A stretch of DNA of 63,229 bases, filler included, from Aduncisulcus paluster (taxonomy: Eukaryota): NCBI GenBank assembly GCA_024181965.1. It is 6 parts of 6 records of this genome, joined end to end, with 100 filler letters (N's around TTAATTAATTAA, not from the genome) between each part and the next. Parts side by side here need not be neighbours in the genome. Positions count along the whole stretch, not along the records: positions 1 to 14,762 come from BQXS01011436.1; 5 more parts are not named here. One strand, given 5' to 3'. The notes under the pieces were generated by a model that was given only the letters and a program-made list of their open reading frames with translations, was not told the DNA's origin and ran no database searches. Positions 1 to 11,758 of the stretch are shown in pieces. How positions within the stretch are numbered: position 1 is the stretch's first letter; each line of letters opens with the position of its first letter. A program made the position numbers and the translations under genes.

Positions 1-131
1 CCTTCAATCTCATCCACGTTCCTTTATTGCATTGTAGTCCGCTTAGGTATTTCTGCAATTCATTAATTTACCCCAAATATTCCGTATAATAATAACGATA
101 TAACATTGAATTGGTTCCTCTACATTCCTAA

Positions 132-2885
132 ATGCAGAGCACTGAAGAGTTGACAAAAGAAATTGAAGTACTCATTGTTTCAATCAAAAGAACAGACTCT
201 CGACCTGCCATTAAATCCCTTTATGAAGGATCCCATTCTCGTCTCAAGACTATCTTTGATGAGTTCACTTCTTCACCCTCATCTGCTGTCCCCTCCGCTC
301 GAGATCTGTTCGCCCTTTGTTTCGAATGTTTGTCCTTGTTCGTGAAGCATAAAGTTACAGAAGACGATGGAACTCCAGATGAGGATGATTTTGAGGTTAT
401 TCTGGATAGTTCTTCCATCCAGGATATGATTGACTCTTTCTTGCCTTCAATGATCCGAGTTGAAGCTATTCTGAGAGTTGAACGAGAAGAAATGAAAGAA
501 ATGGGAAGAAGAAGAAGGAGCTAAAACTGCTGAATCTAGAGTGAATTCCATTACAAAGACATTGTTCAGCATTCTCAGTATCTCAACAACAAGAAGTGTT
601 CTATCTCAATGTATTGACATTTTCCCCCAGATCTCCACTCTTCTCTCCAAGATGTTTATTCTCGGCCTATTTGAGAAATTTGATGATTCTTTTGTTGAGG
701 ATATCCTCCTAACATGTAGGAATATTGCATTTGCCAAAGATGATCCCACCAAGAACTCCCTTTTATCCATTCTTCTCCCCCATATCTTGCCATGGATGAA
801 GAAGTATCCTGATAAGGAGTCCTTTTTCTTGTGGATGAATATCTTGAAGAATATCACAAATGATAAGAGTAACATCGACTATGATAAAGATCGTTCTTCA
901 CAACTTTGGTTTGTCTTCCACCCTGTCTTGGCTATTATCAAGGACACTGCTTCCAAAGGTATTACATTTGATGATGATGCTGTAATTCGTTGTTTGTGTT
1001 TCCTTGGTAACTTGAGTTGTATTCCTTCCCAAGCTATTGAAGTTCATGATTGCATTAAAGATGGTCTTATTGATAGCTGGTTTGAGATAGTGAAGAGGAA
1101 GAAAAGTGAAGGACTGGATCCTAATTGTTGGGGAACCATATACTGGTCTAATCTCATTTCCATGCTATCCACTGTTCCATCAATAATTCCTCAACTCTCT
1201 CCCAAATATGATGCCAACATGGAGTGGTGTAAGAAGAATGGAGAATGGAGTGGATATTATGCAAGATATCTTGGTAATTGTTATCCTTCTCTCAGAGAAG
1301 TTCTCTGAAGAAATGGTCTGGATTAGTTGAAGCTATTGTGAAATGTCCTGACTCAGAATCATCCTCAATTCTCTACCACAAACATCGAGAAGATATCCTT
1401 TCTGTCTTCCTTGCATCCCAATCAAAGAGTGAGATTGAAGAGCACAAGAGAGAGATTGTTGTTTGTGTTGAGTGTTTAGATCGGTTTGTTGGACATACTA
1501 TTGCTGGAAATCATATCTGTCTCCCAATACCTGATCTCAACAATCTCATTGACACTTTCATTGATCATCTTTCAAGAATTGAGGAGGTTTTGGAAGAAGC
1601 TGTTGATGAAGTGTATTGTACCATTTGTGTTGATTATTCTTTCAAAGTTAAAGATAAAAGAGATTCTTTCCTTCTCAAGATCTTTTCCACTTTCCATCGA
1701 ATTCTTGAGAGAGGAAGCAAGAAGAGGTTGGGTCATTATATTGTCCTAAATATACTGAAAACTCTCAGAAACATCTCTTCTTCTTCCTCTACTTCCACTC
1801 GATCCTCTATTTTCACGCTGATAATACCATATATCAAGGATTGGTTGAGGATGTATAATGATAATGATTGTTATGGAAAATGGATGTATATTTTATCACA
1901 GATCACCATATTAAGTGATGGTAAACCCCCCAACACCTCTCTTTGTTCTGAAACTTGGCATCTTTTCCACCCTGTTCTTGATATTGTTAAGAGAGAGTTT
2001 GATTGGGATAAGATTGTTGAGGATGATAAAAATAATATTACATTGTTCTCTGATGATCGTGAACAATGTTTGGGATTCTTCTTTCACTTGTGTTGTGATC
2101 CTACACATGCTATTGAAATATATAATAATGTTAAAGATCTTCTTGAAGGGTGGTTTGAAGTTATGAAGAGGAGTGGACCGGGAAGTGTAGGAATCTTATA
2201 CTGGTCCAAACTCATTTCTATGTTCTCCACTGTCCCATCAATAATTCCTCAATTATCTCCCAAATATGATGCCAAGATGCTATGGTGCAACAGAGAAAAA
2301 TGGTATTGTTCGATCCCATCTTATAACCAATACCTTTCCAACATTTCCTCCTTCGTATTTTCTTCATATCTCTCTTCAACTCTTTTCCATTCTGTTCCAA
2401 TGGTTTCATTTCTCCCATCAATTGAGACATCTTTGTGTCCTGAGAAAGATGGATATTCATACGCTTCCCATGTATGTTCTGTTATGAATCTGCATAAAAC
2501 TATTCCACATCGCAAAAACAAAATCTCTTGCTATCACGATATTATCAGTGGAAAAGAAATGCAAATCCAACATGTTCTTAAACGTGATGGATCGAGTTCT
2601 CAAGATATCCTCACACACTCTTCTCTCATCCAATACACTTCTCCTCCCCAACACATGCTTGTTAAGATGCCATTTGATGATGAGAGATCCTTGAGACAAT
2701 CTGTGTATGATCTGATTGAACGCACAGGTGGAGGTGTTGAAGTGATGTTTGAACAGGGATCATTATGTTGTTCGTTTGAAGAATACGATCAAGAAGCATG
2801 GAGGAATAGAATGGAAGATATTGAAGAAGAAGAGGAATCTGAAGAATACTATAATTTTGAAGAATCTTTAGGAGACTGGCCTTGA
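132..2885 (+). pseudogene. Frameshifted member of a lineage-specific helical (ARM/HEAT-like) repeat protein family, split into three ORFs (132-524, 541-1308, 1278-2885)
   Basis: The ORFs are contiguous in different frames. The motif W.KLISM.STVPSIIPQLSPKYDA occurs in both ORF2 and ORF3. Removing 14 nt at 1293-1306 fuses ORF2 and ORF3 (..YPSLKKW..). A second shift lies in the GAA run at about 500-520. Confidence 0.6.
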
Positions 2886-3790
2886 AGACATTAGGAAAAG
2901 AAAGAGGAGAATATATTGTTGGAGATATCGACGTTTTTGAGAAATCCAAGGAGCCACCTTGAAAAGTTCTTCTCATCCAGCCTGGATCTCCTTGAATTGG
3001 TTTGCTTTATGATTATTCTAGGTCTTTTTTTCAACAAGATTTATTCTTGTAAGTTACATACAACTTGTAACAGAATTTTTGTACTTCCAGAAGTTCTAGA
3101 GTTCTCTCACAAATATAAACAATATTTATGCAGAGATATTGGGGGAAAATGGGAAAAAATGCTGAATAGATCCAACCATAATCAATGATAATTAATCATC
3201 ATCACGATTTGTAAATTACAAATTGTAATGATTGGAGGTTCTTACTAAGATCATCGAAAGATAAACATATTATATTAACAATATTATATTATTCACATTA
3301 TCAATTTGATAATATTTCAAATATGTCAAATAAACAAGGAACGAATAGAACCAATTTGAACTCATCAAACTGATTGAAAATTAACCAATAAAAAACCAAA
3401 CCTAACAAAGCCTTTGTTACAAAGGAGAAAAAAAAATAATGAACGAAAAAATACGAATAATGAAGCCACAATATCTGTTTTCTTTCAACCAAACAAGTTG
3501 CTCCGTGATAAAACCTTCAAGGAAGTCTTTATAGAATCGAACATGGGCATCGAGGTGTCAGATCATGGGATTCTAAAGCANNNNNNNNNNNNNNNNNNNN
3601 GAACGAATAGAACCAATTTGAACTCATCAAACTGATTGAAAATTAACCAATAAAAAACCAAACCTAACAAAGCCTTTGTTACAAAGGAGAAAAAAAAATA
3701 ATGAACGAAAAAATACGAATAATGAAGCCACAATATCTGTTTTCTTTCAACCAAACAAGTTGCTCCGTGATAAAACCTTCAAGGAAGTCT

Positions 3791-4429
3791 TTATAGAATC
3801 GAACATGGGCATCGAGGTGTCAGATCATGGGATTCTAAAGCAAATCTCTTGGCGGAGTCACTAAGATCCTTAGACCGTAAAATAAGATCTTCAAGGGATT
3901 CCTGACGCTTGAAAACATGATCCAAATTCTCCACCATAATTTTCTTTGTTTCATCAAGCTCATCTTGAATGATATATATTTTGTCAACTTTTCGAGGATT
4001 TTGACCAAATTTCATGAATTCTTTCAAATCTTTAGAAAAGCCATAATCCCCCTTCTTGTCACAAGATGCCAATTTCCAAGTTGGTTTTGCTTTTTTCATC
4101 CAGGCAGATTGAATAGTACTGATCAATGAATGGGCAGCTCGCATGGGATAATCTTGAGTTGTAATAAGGCAAGTAACAAGATTTGAAGGCAGACGAGAAA
4201 CGTGGATGGAAAATTCTCGATAATTCATAGAGGTTCTGCCGCTTGGTCGGATCTTTTCAGCAACGGACCGAGAACTAAAAATGGCAAGTTCTTCAACTCG
4301 TGATTTAAAGATGATTTTTGCAGGACCGGAACACTGAGTATGGGCTGCCAATTTATGAGCGACACTATCAACACGAAGATATAATGAAATTGAAATTAAT
4401 TGGGGCTCTGAAGAAGTCGAATGATCCAT
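3791..4429 (-). CDS. YKT6: R-SNARE Ykt6 (longin domain, synaptobrevin coil, prenylation motif)
   Basis: Longin-like N-terminus (DYPMRAAHSLI), DKIYIIQDELDETKKIM...RQESLEDLI..S.DLS..AK.F motif and C-terminal CaaX (CPCSIL). ATG at 4429. Confidence 0.9.
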   Translation of the reverse strand: MDHSTSSEPQLISISLYLRVDSVAHKLAAHTQCSGPAKIIFKSRVEELAIFSSRSVAEKIRPSGRTSMNYREFSIHVSRLPSNLVTCLITTQDYPMRAAHSLISTIQSAWMKKAKPTWKLASCDKKGDYGFSKDLKEFMKFGQNPRKVDKIYIIQDELDETKKIMVENLDHVFKRQESLEDLILRSKDLSDSAKRFALESHDLTPRCPCSIL

Positions 4430-4743
4430 GATGTGTTCAAAAAGGAAATTTTCAACCAAAACCAAAGCATTGCTCAAAAACCGAGGTGGTTCTGTTCGGA
4501 CTCCGAACGGTCGATGGGAAAAGAACAAAATACGAAACTTTCGATCAGAGTCATGAGGGATTTATAAAGATCCAATTAAAAATGAAATTTAAACATCTTA
4601 TTTTCAATAAATTTCTAAATTTCATCAAAAAGTTACATTCTCGCTAAATGAGAACACAAAAAACAAACAACGATATCATATTTAAATGGATACTGTATTC
4701 ATATATCTATTTATTAACCAATTTCTAAACGATCCAAAGGAGA

Positions 4744-5412
4744 TCAACCTTCATGCAAATCCTGAATTCCAAGTTCATCACGAATTTCAGGAATTGAAGG
4801 AACAGCTTCAAAGGTGAGAGAGTCTTCAATAGAATCAATTCTTGAAGATTCTTCCGTTTTTGTTGGGCTACTATGGGGATTTGATTCCTTGGAAAACACT
4901 TCCATACTAGGAGTTATCGGTGTTTCTACATCTATTGATCTAATAATGTCCGGATTCGAACCTGATTTATATGCACCCAATCCTTTTCTCTTTGAAACAA
5001 TTTGACCAACTTTGGTTGTTCCAAGCCGCGATTTATACAAAACGGGATCAGCTCTTGCAGCAACATAAAGTTGGGCATGGGTGGAAAATAACGGTTTATA
5101 CACAGTTTTTTTGACAATTTTTTTCTGCGATGGATCAATAACATGGACGTAATACACTGGCAGAGGTGGGAATGAATATCCTTCTAATTTATATACTATT
5201 TCAAATTCTGAAGATCGAGATTCCAATATTTTTGACATTGTAACATCAATTTCTTTCAATACTATTCTGGGATCAAGTCGTTGCAACGCTAAGAGGTTAT
5301 GTTTGATTCGTCTAAAATGATGATAATCTAGAAAACTACAAAGAAATGATTGGATTTTAGCAGCAGCTTCTTTACGTTCTTCTTCATATTTGATAACAAT
5401 ATCTTTTTGCAT
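4744..5412 (-). CDS. IQ-motif protein resembling C11orf65/MFI
   Basis: AAAKIQSF IQ-like motif, followed by DPRIVLKEID...KLEGYSFPPLPVYY, which resembles the C11orf65 family motif (recalled, not searched). Confidence 0.55.
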   Translation of the reverse strand: MQKDIVIKYEEERKEAAAKIQSFLCSFLDYHHFRRIKHNLLALQRLDPRIVLKEIDVTMSKILESRSSEFEIVYKLEGYSFPPLPVYYVHVIDPSQKKIVKKTVYKPLFSTHAQLYVAARADPVLYKSRLGTTKVGQIVSKRKGLGAYKSGSNPDIIRSIDVETPITPSMEVFSKESNPHSSPTKTEESSRIDSIEDSLTFEAVPSIPEIRDELGIQDLHEG

Positions 5413-5624
5413 TATTGTTAAACAAGAGAAAATAAGAAAAAAATTCAAAACTTTTGCTACTTGAAGTTAGTTCGTTATATTTCAAAAACATAATGATTAC
5501 AACTTACAATCGACGTAAGGACAAATTAATAAATTGTTATACATAAGCATTTATTTTATTTTTTGACATAAGACGATGCCATCACAGTGTGATTACATCG
5601 AATAGAACTTCTATTGAGTTTAAC

Positions 5625-8600
5625 TCAAGGATCGAGATAGATGGAACATGTTGAATCTGTCAATTTTAAATTTATATCTACCCCAGAGAAACTCCAAGGC
5701 TTTGATTCTTTGTGTCCAAATTTGGGAGGTTCTTCGGCAGGAGGTACTCTTGATTGAGCAAGCGAATATCCAAGTGACTCTCCATTCCTAACACTTTCCC
5801 AGGTATTTTGGCATACTTTCCGTTCTTCACACACAGAACCAACAGAAAATACGTTTTCAAACCCTCTCACTTGTTGGGAAGGGTAAGTGCAAAGTTTTCC
5901 GTTCAAATGCCTTGCATTCGTCAGAATTCCAGTATTTGGTGATGTTTTTGCACCCAAAACGACAATATCTGCCATAAGAGTGGAGTATTTATCGGTATAG
6001 AAAGGCATTGTATAAAGATCTTGTAAAGAATCATCTTCTGAAAATATTGACATTTCTCCCCTTCTTCCCCTTCTTTCTCTTCCACTTCCCTCCAATTCAT
6101 CAAGTGAATGTCCATGAACATGAACATGTTCAGAATAGCTTGTCCTTCCCTTTTCAATTCTCTGTCTGCTTTGAATCCGAATACATACTTTCCCTTTACA
6201 GCCAATATCAGTAGCGTTCCATATCTGTGCACCCGTATAGATACTTATCCTGTCACCGTAATGCTCAACCAGAGCTTTTGCAACCATGTGTTTGATTGAA
6301 GGTTTTAGATGGAGAGATGGGAAGAAAAGGGAAGGAGAGGGTAACTTATCTCCCACTTCTTTCACTTCTTTGTCTTGCACTTCATCAAGTTCTTCTTCAC
6401 CAATCGAAACACTGCCACTCTCTTTCTCATAATCTCTTCTTGCAATGGACACCACTTTCCCTTCCTTCTTTGCTTCAGGTGATTTCTCCTCCTCCTCCTC
6501 CTCCTCAGAAGCATCGGAAGGCTTCTCCTTTGTTAGTAATGTTCTCTTGTATGATGCAGACAAAGTATCCTCTTCTTTCACTTGTGTAGGTTTGTGAGAG
6601 AGGACTGGTTTGTCTTTGGAATGGATGAGAGAGTGAGATTCACACGATATAAATGACACATGGGCCGTTGGGATGAGACGAAGAACACTCTCTCCAAGAG
6701 TAATTGATTCTTCCCCCAAACCAACAATGACGATGTGAGGACGAGAAATATGAGTGCTCTGCGATGCAGACAATGAAGCTTGGCAATCACAGAAGAGACT
6801 AAGAAGAGCGTATTTCAACTCTGACATATTCTGAGCGCATGAAGAGAGTTTGAATACAACTCTTCGACCTCCAATAAGACGTGTACTCAGTGAATCCAGG
6901 CACTCTGGAGCATATACAGAGGATCCGGTGGCAATAACAAGCCTGTCAAAGGGGATATCACACGTTTTCCCACAGGTACAATCGACACAATGGATAGTGT
7001 TTGAATACTTATTGATGGAAACGGCTCTTCTCCCGCTCAAAAGACGATATTTTCCAGATCTGAGTACTCTTCGCTCTCTTAAATAACGTTCAAGATTGGC
7101 AAATCGAGGTTCAGCAGCCAGCACAGACAGATCGAGGGGGNNNNNNNNNNNNNNNNNNNNTTTTCCCACAGGTACAATCGACACAATGGATAGTGTTTGA
7201 ATACTTATTGATGGAAACGGCTCTTCTCCCGCTCAAAAGACGATATTTTCCAGATCTGAGTACTCTTCGCTCTCTTAAATAACGTTCAAGATTGGCAAAT
7301 CGAGGTTCAGCAGCCAGCACAGACAGATCGAGGGGGTAGGCAAAAGGAAGTGTATCCTGAGATATGACAGTGCAATCACAGCGTCTGGATGACATCATGA
7401 GGCGGAGAGCAGTGGCGCATGCACTCATTCCACTGCCGATGATGACTACCCGTCCATCATACTGTAGATGGGTGGGAATACTGGGGAATTGGGTGCCAGT
7501 CTGAAGGAAGGAGAGTGGAATGAGGCCTTGTTTACGGACATTTAACTTTGAAGGTGGAGATTTCTTCGATAATAACCTTTTAGAAACGGCCGGAGACTGT
7601 TCAATTGCCGTCAAATGCCGGAACATGGAAACACCTTCTTCACTCTGACTGAACGATGGGAAGGAATGAAAATCGATTCGTTCACGAGGAGAAAAGGGCT
7701 GTTTCGAAGGTGTGGTGCCCGATTCCCGCAAAAGGGAAGAAGAAGAGGTCCCATGTAAGGCACGACGATCACTTTGAGATATCTTGGAATGGGAGAATGT
7801 AAAATGGAGTGTTCCAAGTCCTGCTGCATTGTCAGTGGTCATTTTCCTACTTTTAGGCCTTGAAACTTCTTTGTCCACATCATATGGAATGATATCTTTG
7901 CCAGTGACCATTTCTGACGAGAGAATACTCAAATTACGATCTTTCAGAGCATAAAGTCGAAGTGGTGAGTTTAAATCGACAATATCTTCCATGGATAATG
8001 AAGAAGTGAATGATTTGAACAAATACTGATCATATATTGAAAGCAGAAGACCATAATTGCAATCTTCGGTGATATTATGGATTCTTCTTGCTAATGGAGT
8101 AAAGAATAAGGAAGAGATGGAACTAACTCGAGTAGATGGATCACAAGTAAATGAGAAACACAAAATAGACTGCCAAATTGTATAGAAAACAGAATAAATG
8201 AGTAAGGCCGATATAAGCTCGGCGGAGGGGAAAGCTCCAAAGAAAAAGAAAATCATTGTCGTAATAAGGGCTTTTGTCCCAATGAAAGAAAGTGGTTGGG
8301 CTAATGACGAGAATGGAGATTCACTTTTACAGATATTGGATGAAAGTTTATATCTGGCTCTTCTTATCATTTCAGAATAGGTGAGCTCTTTAATAGAATC
8401 AATTAAAGGCGGTTTATGACTGAGAAAATGCAAAAGGCAATACAAAAAATCATCAATAAGGAAGAGGAAGATGAACAATTGCCACGTTTCAGATTGTCTA
8501 ATATAATATGGGAATGCATTAAGCAAATATGGGAAAATCTCATCTTGTTTCCCGAGTATCTGGAGTTCAAAATAAGGCTTTGAATTCATAATGAAAGAAG

Positions 8601-8856
8601 CTTCAAATGGAGATAAAACAAACACAATAGCTGACATAGAATTAATAATCTCATTTTTCCAGGTTGTTTGACGAGATTTCGATGGAAATTTCTTCTTGAG
8701 TCGTAGAAAATATAATGGAAAGAAAAACAAGGAGAAAAAAGAAGATATTGCCAAATAAATAGCAGAATTTATGAGAAATACATATGAATTGACGGAAACA
8801 TATTCAATAATGTATGAAAAAAAATTGCTGCTGTCAATAATGAGGTTTTGAGACAT
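5625..8856 (-). CDS. Fusion of a fatty-acid-hydroxylase/sterol-desaturase-like membrane domain and a FAD-dependent pyridine nucleotide-disulphide oxidoreductase; one gene split artificially by the 20-N gap
   Basis: N-terminal TM region has DDFLYCLLHFLSH and CNYGLLLSIYDQYLF. C-terminal region has VVIIGSGMSA, FDRLVIATGS and ENVFSVGSV. The two ORFs share identical duplicated sequence around the gap at 7141-7160. Confidence 0.7.
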
Positions 8857-9055
8857 TTTCAAAATCCTATCTTGAATAATAATATTGAAGGGGAAAAGGA
8901 ACACAAAATAAAATGTTAATTCCAGCAAAAGGAAAAAAAATATAGAGATACTTGGTTTGGGTGGAAAGATCAGGTGCGAACTTTTTGGTTGATGACTTTG
9001 AATAAAATAATCAATTTATTCAATCAATATATGAGTGTTAACTATTTATTAATCC

Positions 9056-9776
9056 TTAACGGCAACTCTTGGCAACACGCTCGATCTCAACACGTTTGGT
9101 GACAGCGAAAGAACCAGCAGCAGAGCGAGAAGCCTGAATAAGTTCGTTGGCGAGACACTCGGCAATGGATTTAGTGCTACGGAAAGCAGCCTTACGAGCT
9201 CCAGCGGTGAGGAGAGATAAAGCTTGGTTCACACGACGAAGGGGGGAAACATCAACAGATTGACGACGAACAGAACCAGAAGAACCAACACGGGTAGAAT
9301 CTTCACGAGCACCAGAGTTGATAACAGCGTTAACAAGAACCTGGATAGGGTTCTCACCAGTGAGAAGGTTGATGATCTGGAAGGTGTGGTCAACAATAAC
9401 GACAGCCTTAACCTTCTTACCAGTGTTACGTCCGTGGAACATCAAAGAGTTAGTAAGACGCTCAACAATAGGGCACTTAGCCTTACGGAAACGTTTAGAA
9501 GCCCAACGAGCAGAAGAATGGGGCACGAATCCAGTCTTGGCCACGGTGATGTAGTCCTCGAGAGAACGGTCCTCACACACGACGTTTTTAGTAGTCCTAA
9601 AAAAATAATAATAATTTTAAAATAAATTAAATTATTGAATTTGTATAAATATATATAAAAAGAGGCGAACAAGAAACAAAAGAGGGAAATCAGTAATTTA
9701 TAACCTAATAGTGGTAATAATTATGTATAAAAAAACTTTCAACATACCACTTTCCAAAAAGACACACGTTGCTCAT
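9056..9776 (-). CDS. RPS5: 40S ribosomal protein S5 (uS7); exons 9776-9748 and 9596-9056
   Basis: [28 protein letters not shown] and [16 protein letters not shown] motifs. Exon 1 ([10 protein letters not shown]) is joined via a GTATGT..TTAG intron at 9747-9597. Confidence 0.96.
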
Positions 9777-10130
9777 TGTAATCGATCACGGGGCGAGAAC
9801 AATCACATAGGAAGATTGGGCTGTGTAATATTTTTGGATGAAGATGAGAAAAACACTGTTCCATCCAATATCTATCATAAAAAAGTAATTCTTGTAAATA
9901 AAATAATATGCTGTTTACTATTTACAATCTTTCTGCCAAAAGTGAATATTGAAAGATCAGAAGAAACTAAATCACAATCGCCTCATTGTATTGGGTCAAT
10001 CTCTTTATTAATACTGGTTTTACAAATGTATTATCTTTTAAAAGATCGTATAATAACATATTATAATCTTATTGTAAGATGAAATTAAGTATTTACAAAG
10101 ATTTTGAAAATCAACATTTGCTCGACGTTG

Positions 10131-11058
10131 ATGTTATATTTGATTGGATTAGGACTTGGAGACGAAAAATCCATTACATTAAAGGGTCTTGAAATCGTTA
10201 AAAAATGTGATAAGGTTTTTGTTGAGAATTATACTTCAATCTTAAAAAATCTTGATGAAATGATTCCCATGTTAGTATGTTAACTTTATTATGATATTTA
10301 TTTGTTGATTATGAGTCGATAATAACTTATTATATCTTAATAATAAGGAGAAATTCTTCGAACGTTCTGTAGAGGCTGCTGATAGGGATACAGTTGAATC
10401 TAGAGCTGAACTTATATTAGACGGGGCTAAGGATAGAGATGTTGCTGTTTTAATTGTGGGTGATCCATTTTGTGCCACAACTCATACTGACCTATTTTTA
10501 CGTGCTCGTAAAAAGGGAATTAATGTTTCTGTGATTCATAATGCTAGTATTATCAATGCTATTGGGAGTACTGGTCTGGAAGTTTATCGTTTTGGTCATG
10601 TTGTGTCCATTGTTTTCTTTGATGAAGGATGGAAACCTTCCTCATTCTACAAGCGTATTAAAGAAAACAAGTCGAGAGGTTTACATACATTATGTTTATT
10701 AGATATCAAAACAAGAGAGCGTACAATTGAGGCCATGATGAAAGGTTTAGATATTTTCCAACCTCCCCGATTCATGACTGTAGATGTTGCTGCTTCCCAA
10801 TTATTAGAGCTTGAAGAAACTCTTAAGGAAGAAGTATGCACATCAGATACATTGGCAGTGGCTGCTTGTCGTGTTGGAACGGAAAGCCAAGAATTCTTTA
10901 CTGGCACTTTGGGGGAAATTGCCAAAAAATCAATGGGAGAACCACTTCATTCATTGGTTATTCCTGGAGAATTGGAACCATTGGAAGCTGAGATGTTGTC
11001 TCTTTGGGCTTCTGATGAGGAAGTTATTTCCAGATTGAAAGCTCTCTATGAGAAGTAA
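10131..11058 (+). CDS. DPH5: Diphthine methyl ester synthase; exons 10131-10274 and 10348-11058
   Basis: [16 protein letters not shown] start, [13 protein letters not shown] and [11 protein letters not shown] motifs. A 73-nt GTATGT..AAG intron (10275-10347) keeps the frame. Confidence 0.95.
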
Positions 11059-11758
11059 TATTTTTAACTGAATTTCCAGAGAATCTGTAGTTAATTTACT
11101 TGGATTCTTTCTTTTTAATTCTCCGCAATATAAATATATTTAAGGATTCGCCGAATCTACTTCCAATTATTTGGGGTGCATCTGATCAATAAAATGAAAA
11201 GGAAAGAATAGACATATTACAAATTCAGTTTTGTTTATTTTAATTTAATACCAGAAAAAACAATATTTATCTCTAACAGGCCTGAAAAAGCCAAATATTT
11301 CTTGCATTTATTTGTGAGATTAATGACATTTCATTGGCATATAATACTTGGAAATTCTGAGATTAGCTTGATTTGAACAATTGATTTTTTCCTATTTTAT
11401 TGGAAGAATTGCAACAAAAAATTTCTGTCATTTTTCCATTTTTTCGATATTTAACTGGATTGATTGTTCCCTCCTCGGTTTTGTATATGAATTACAATCA
11501 GGAGACNNNNNNNNNNNNNNNNNNNNAAAAAACAATATTTATCTCTAACAGGCCTGAAAAAGCCAAATATTTCTTGCATTTATTTGTGAGATTAATGACA
11601 TTTCATTGGCATATAATACTTGGAAATTCTGAGATTAGCTTGATTTGAACAATTGATTTTTTCCTATTTTATTGGAAGAATTGCAACAAAAAATTTCTGT
11701 CATTTTTCCATTTTTTCGATATTTAACTGGATTGATTGTTCCCTCCTCGGTTTTGTAT

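Noticed and set aside
3339-3840. Direct duplications of about 200-300 bp flanking each 20-N gap (also at 7141, 11507, 17411, 46450, 49227 and 57781)
   Set aside because: Identical sequence on both sides of fixed-length gaps indicates unmerged contig overlaps from scaffolding, not biological repeats or gene duplications.
9711-10082. 123-aa ORF between RPS5 and DPH5, and the many short antisense or overlapping ORFs in the track
   Set aside because: They have non-ATG starts or are shadow frames of real genes and low-complexity tracts, with no motifs.
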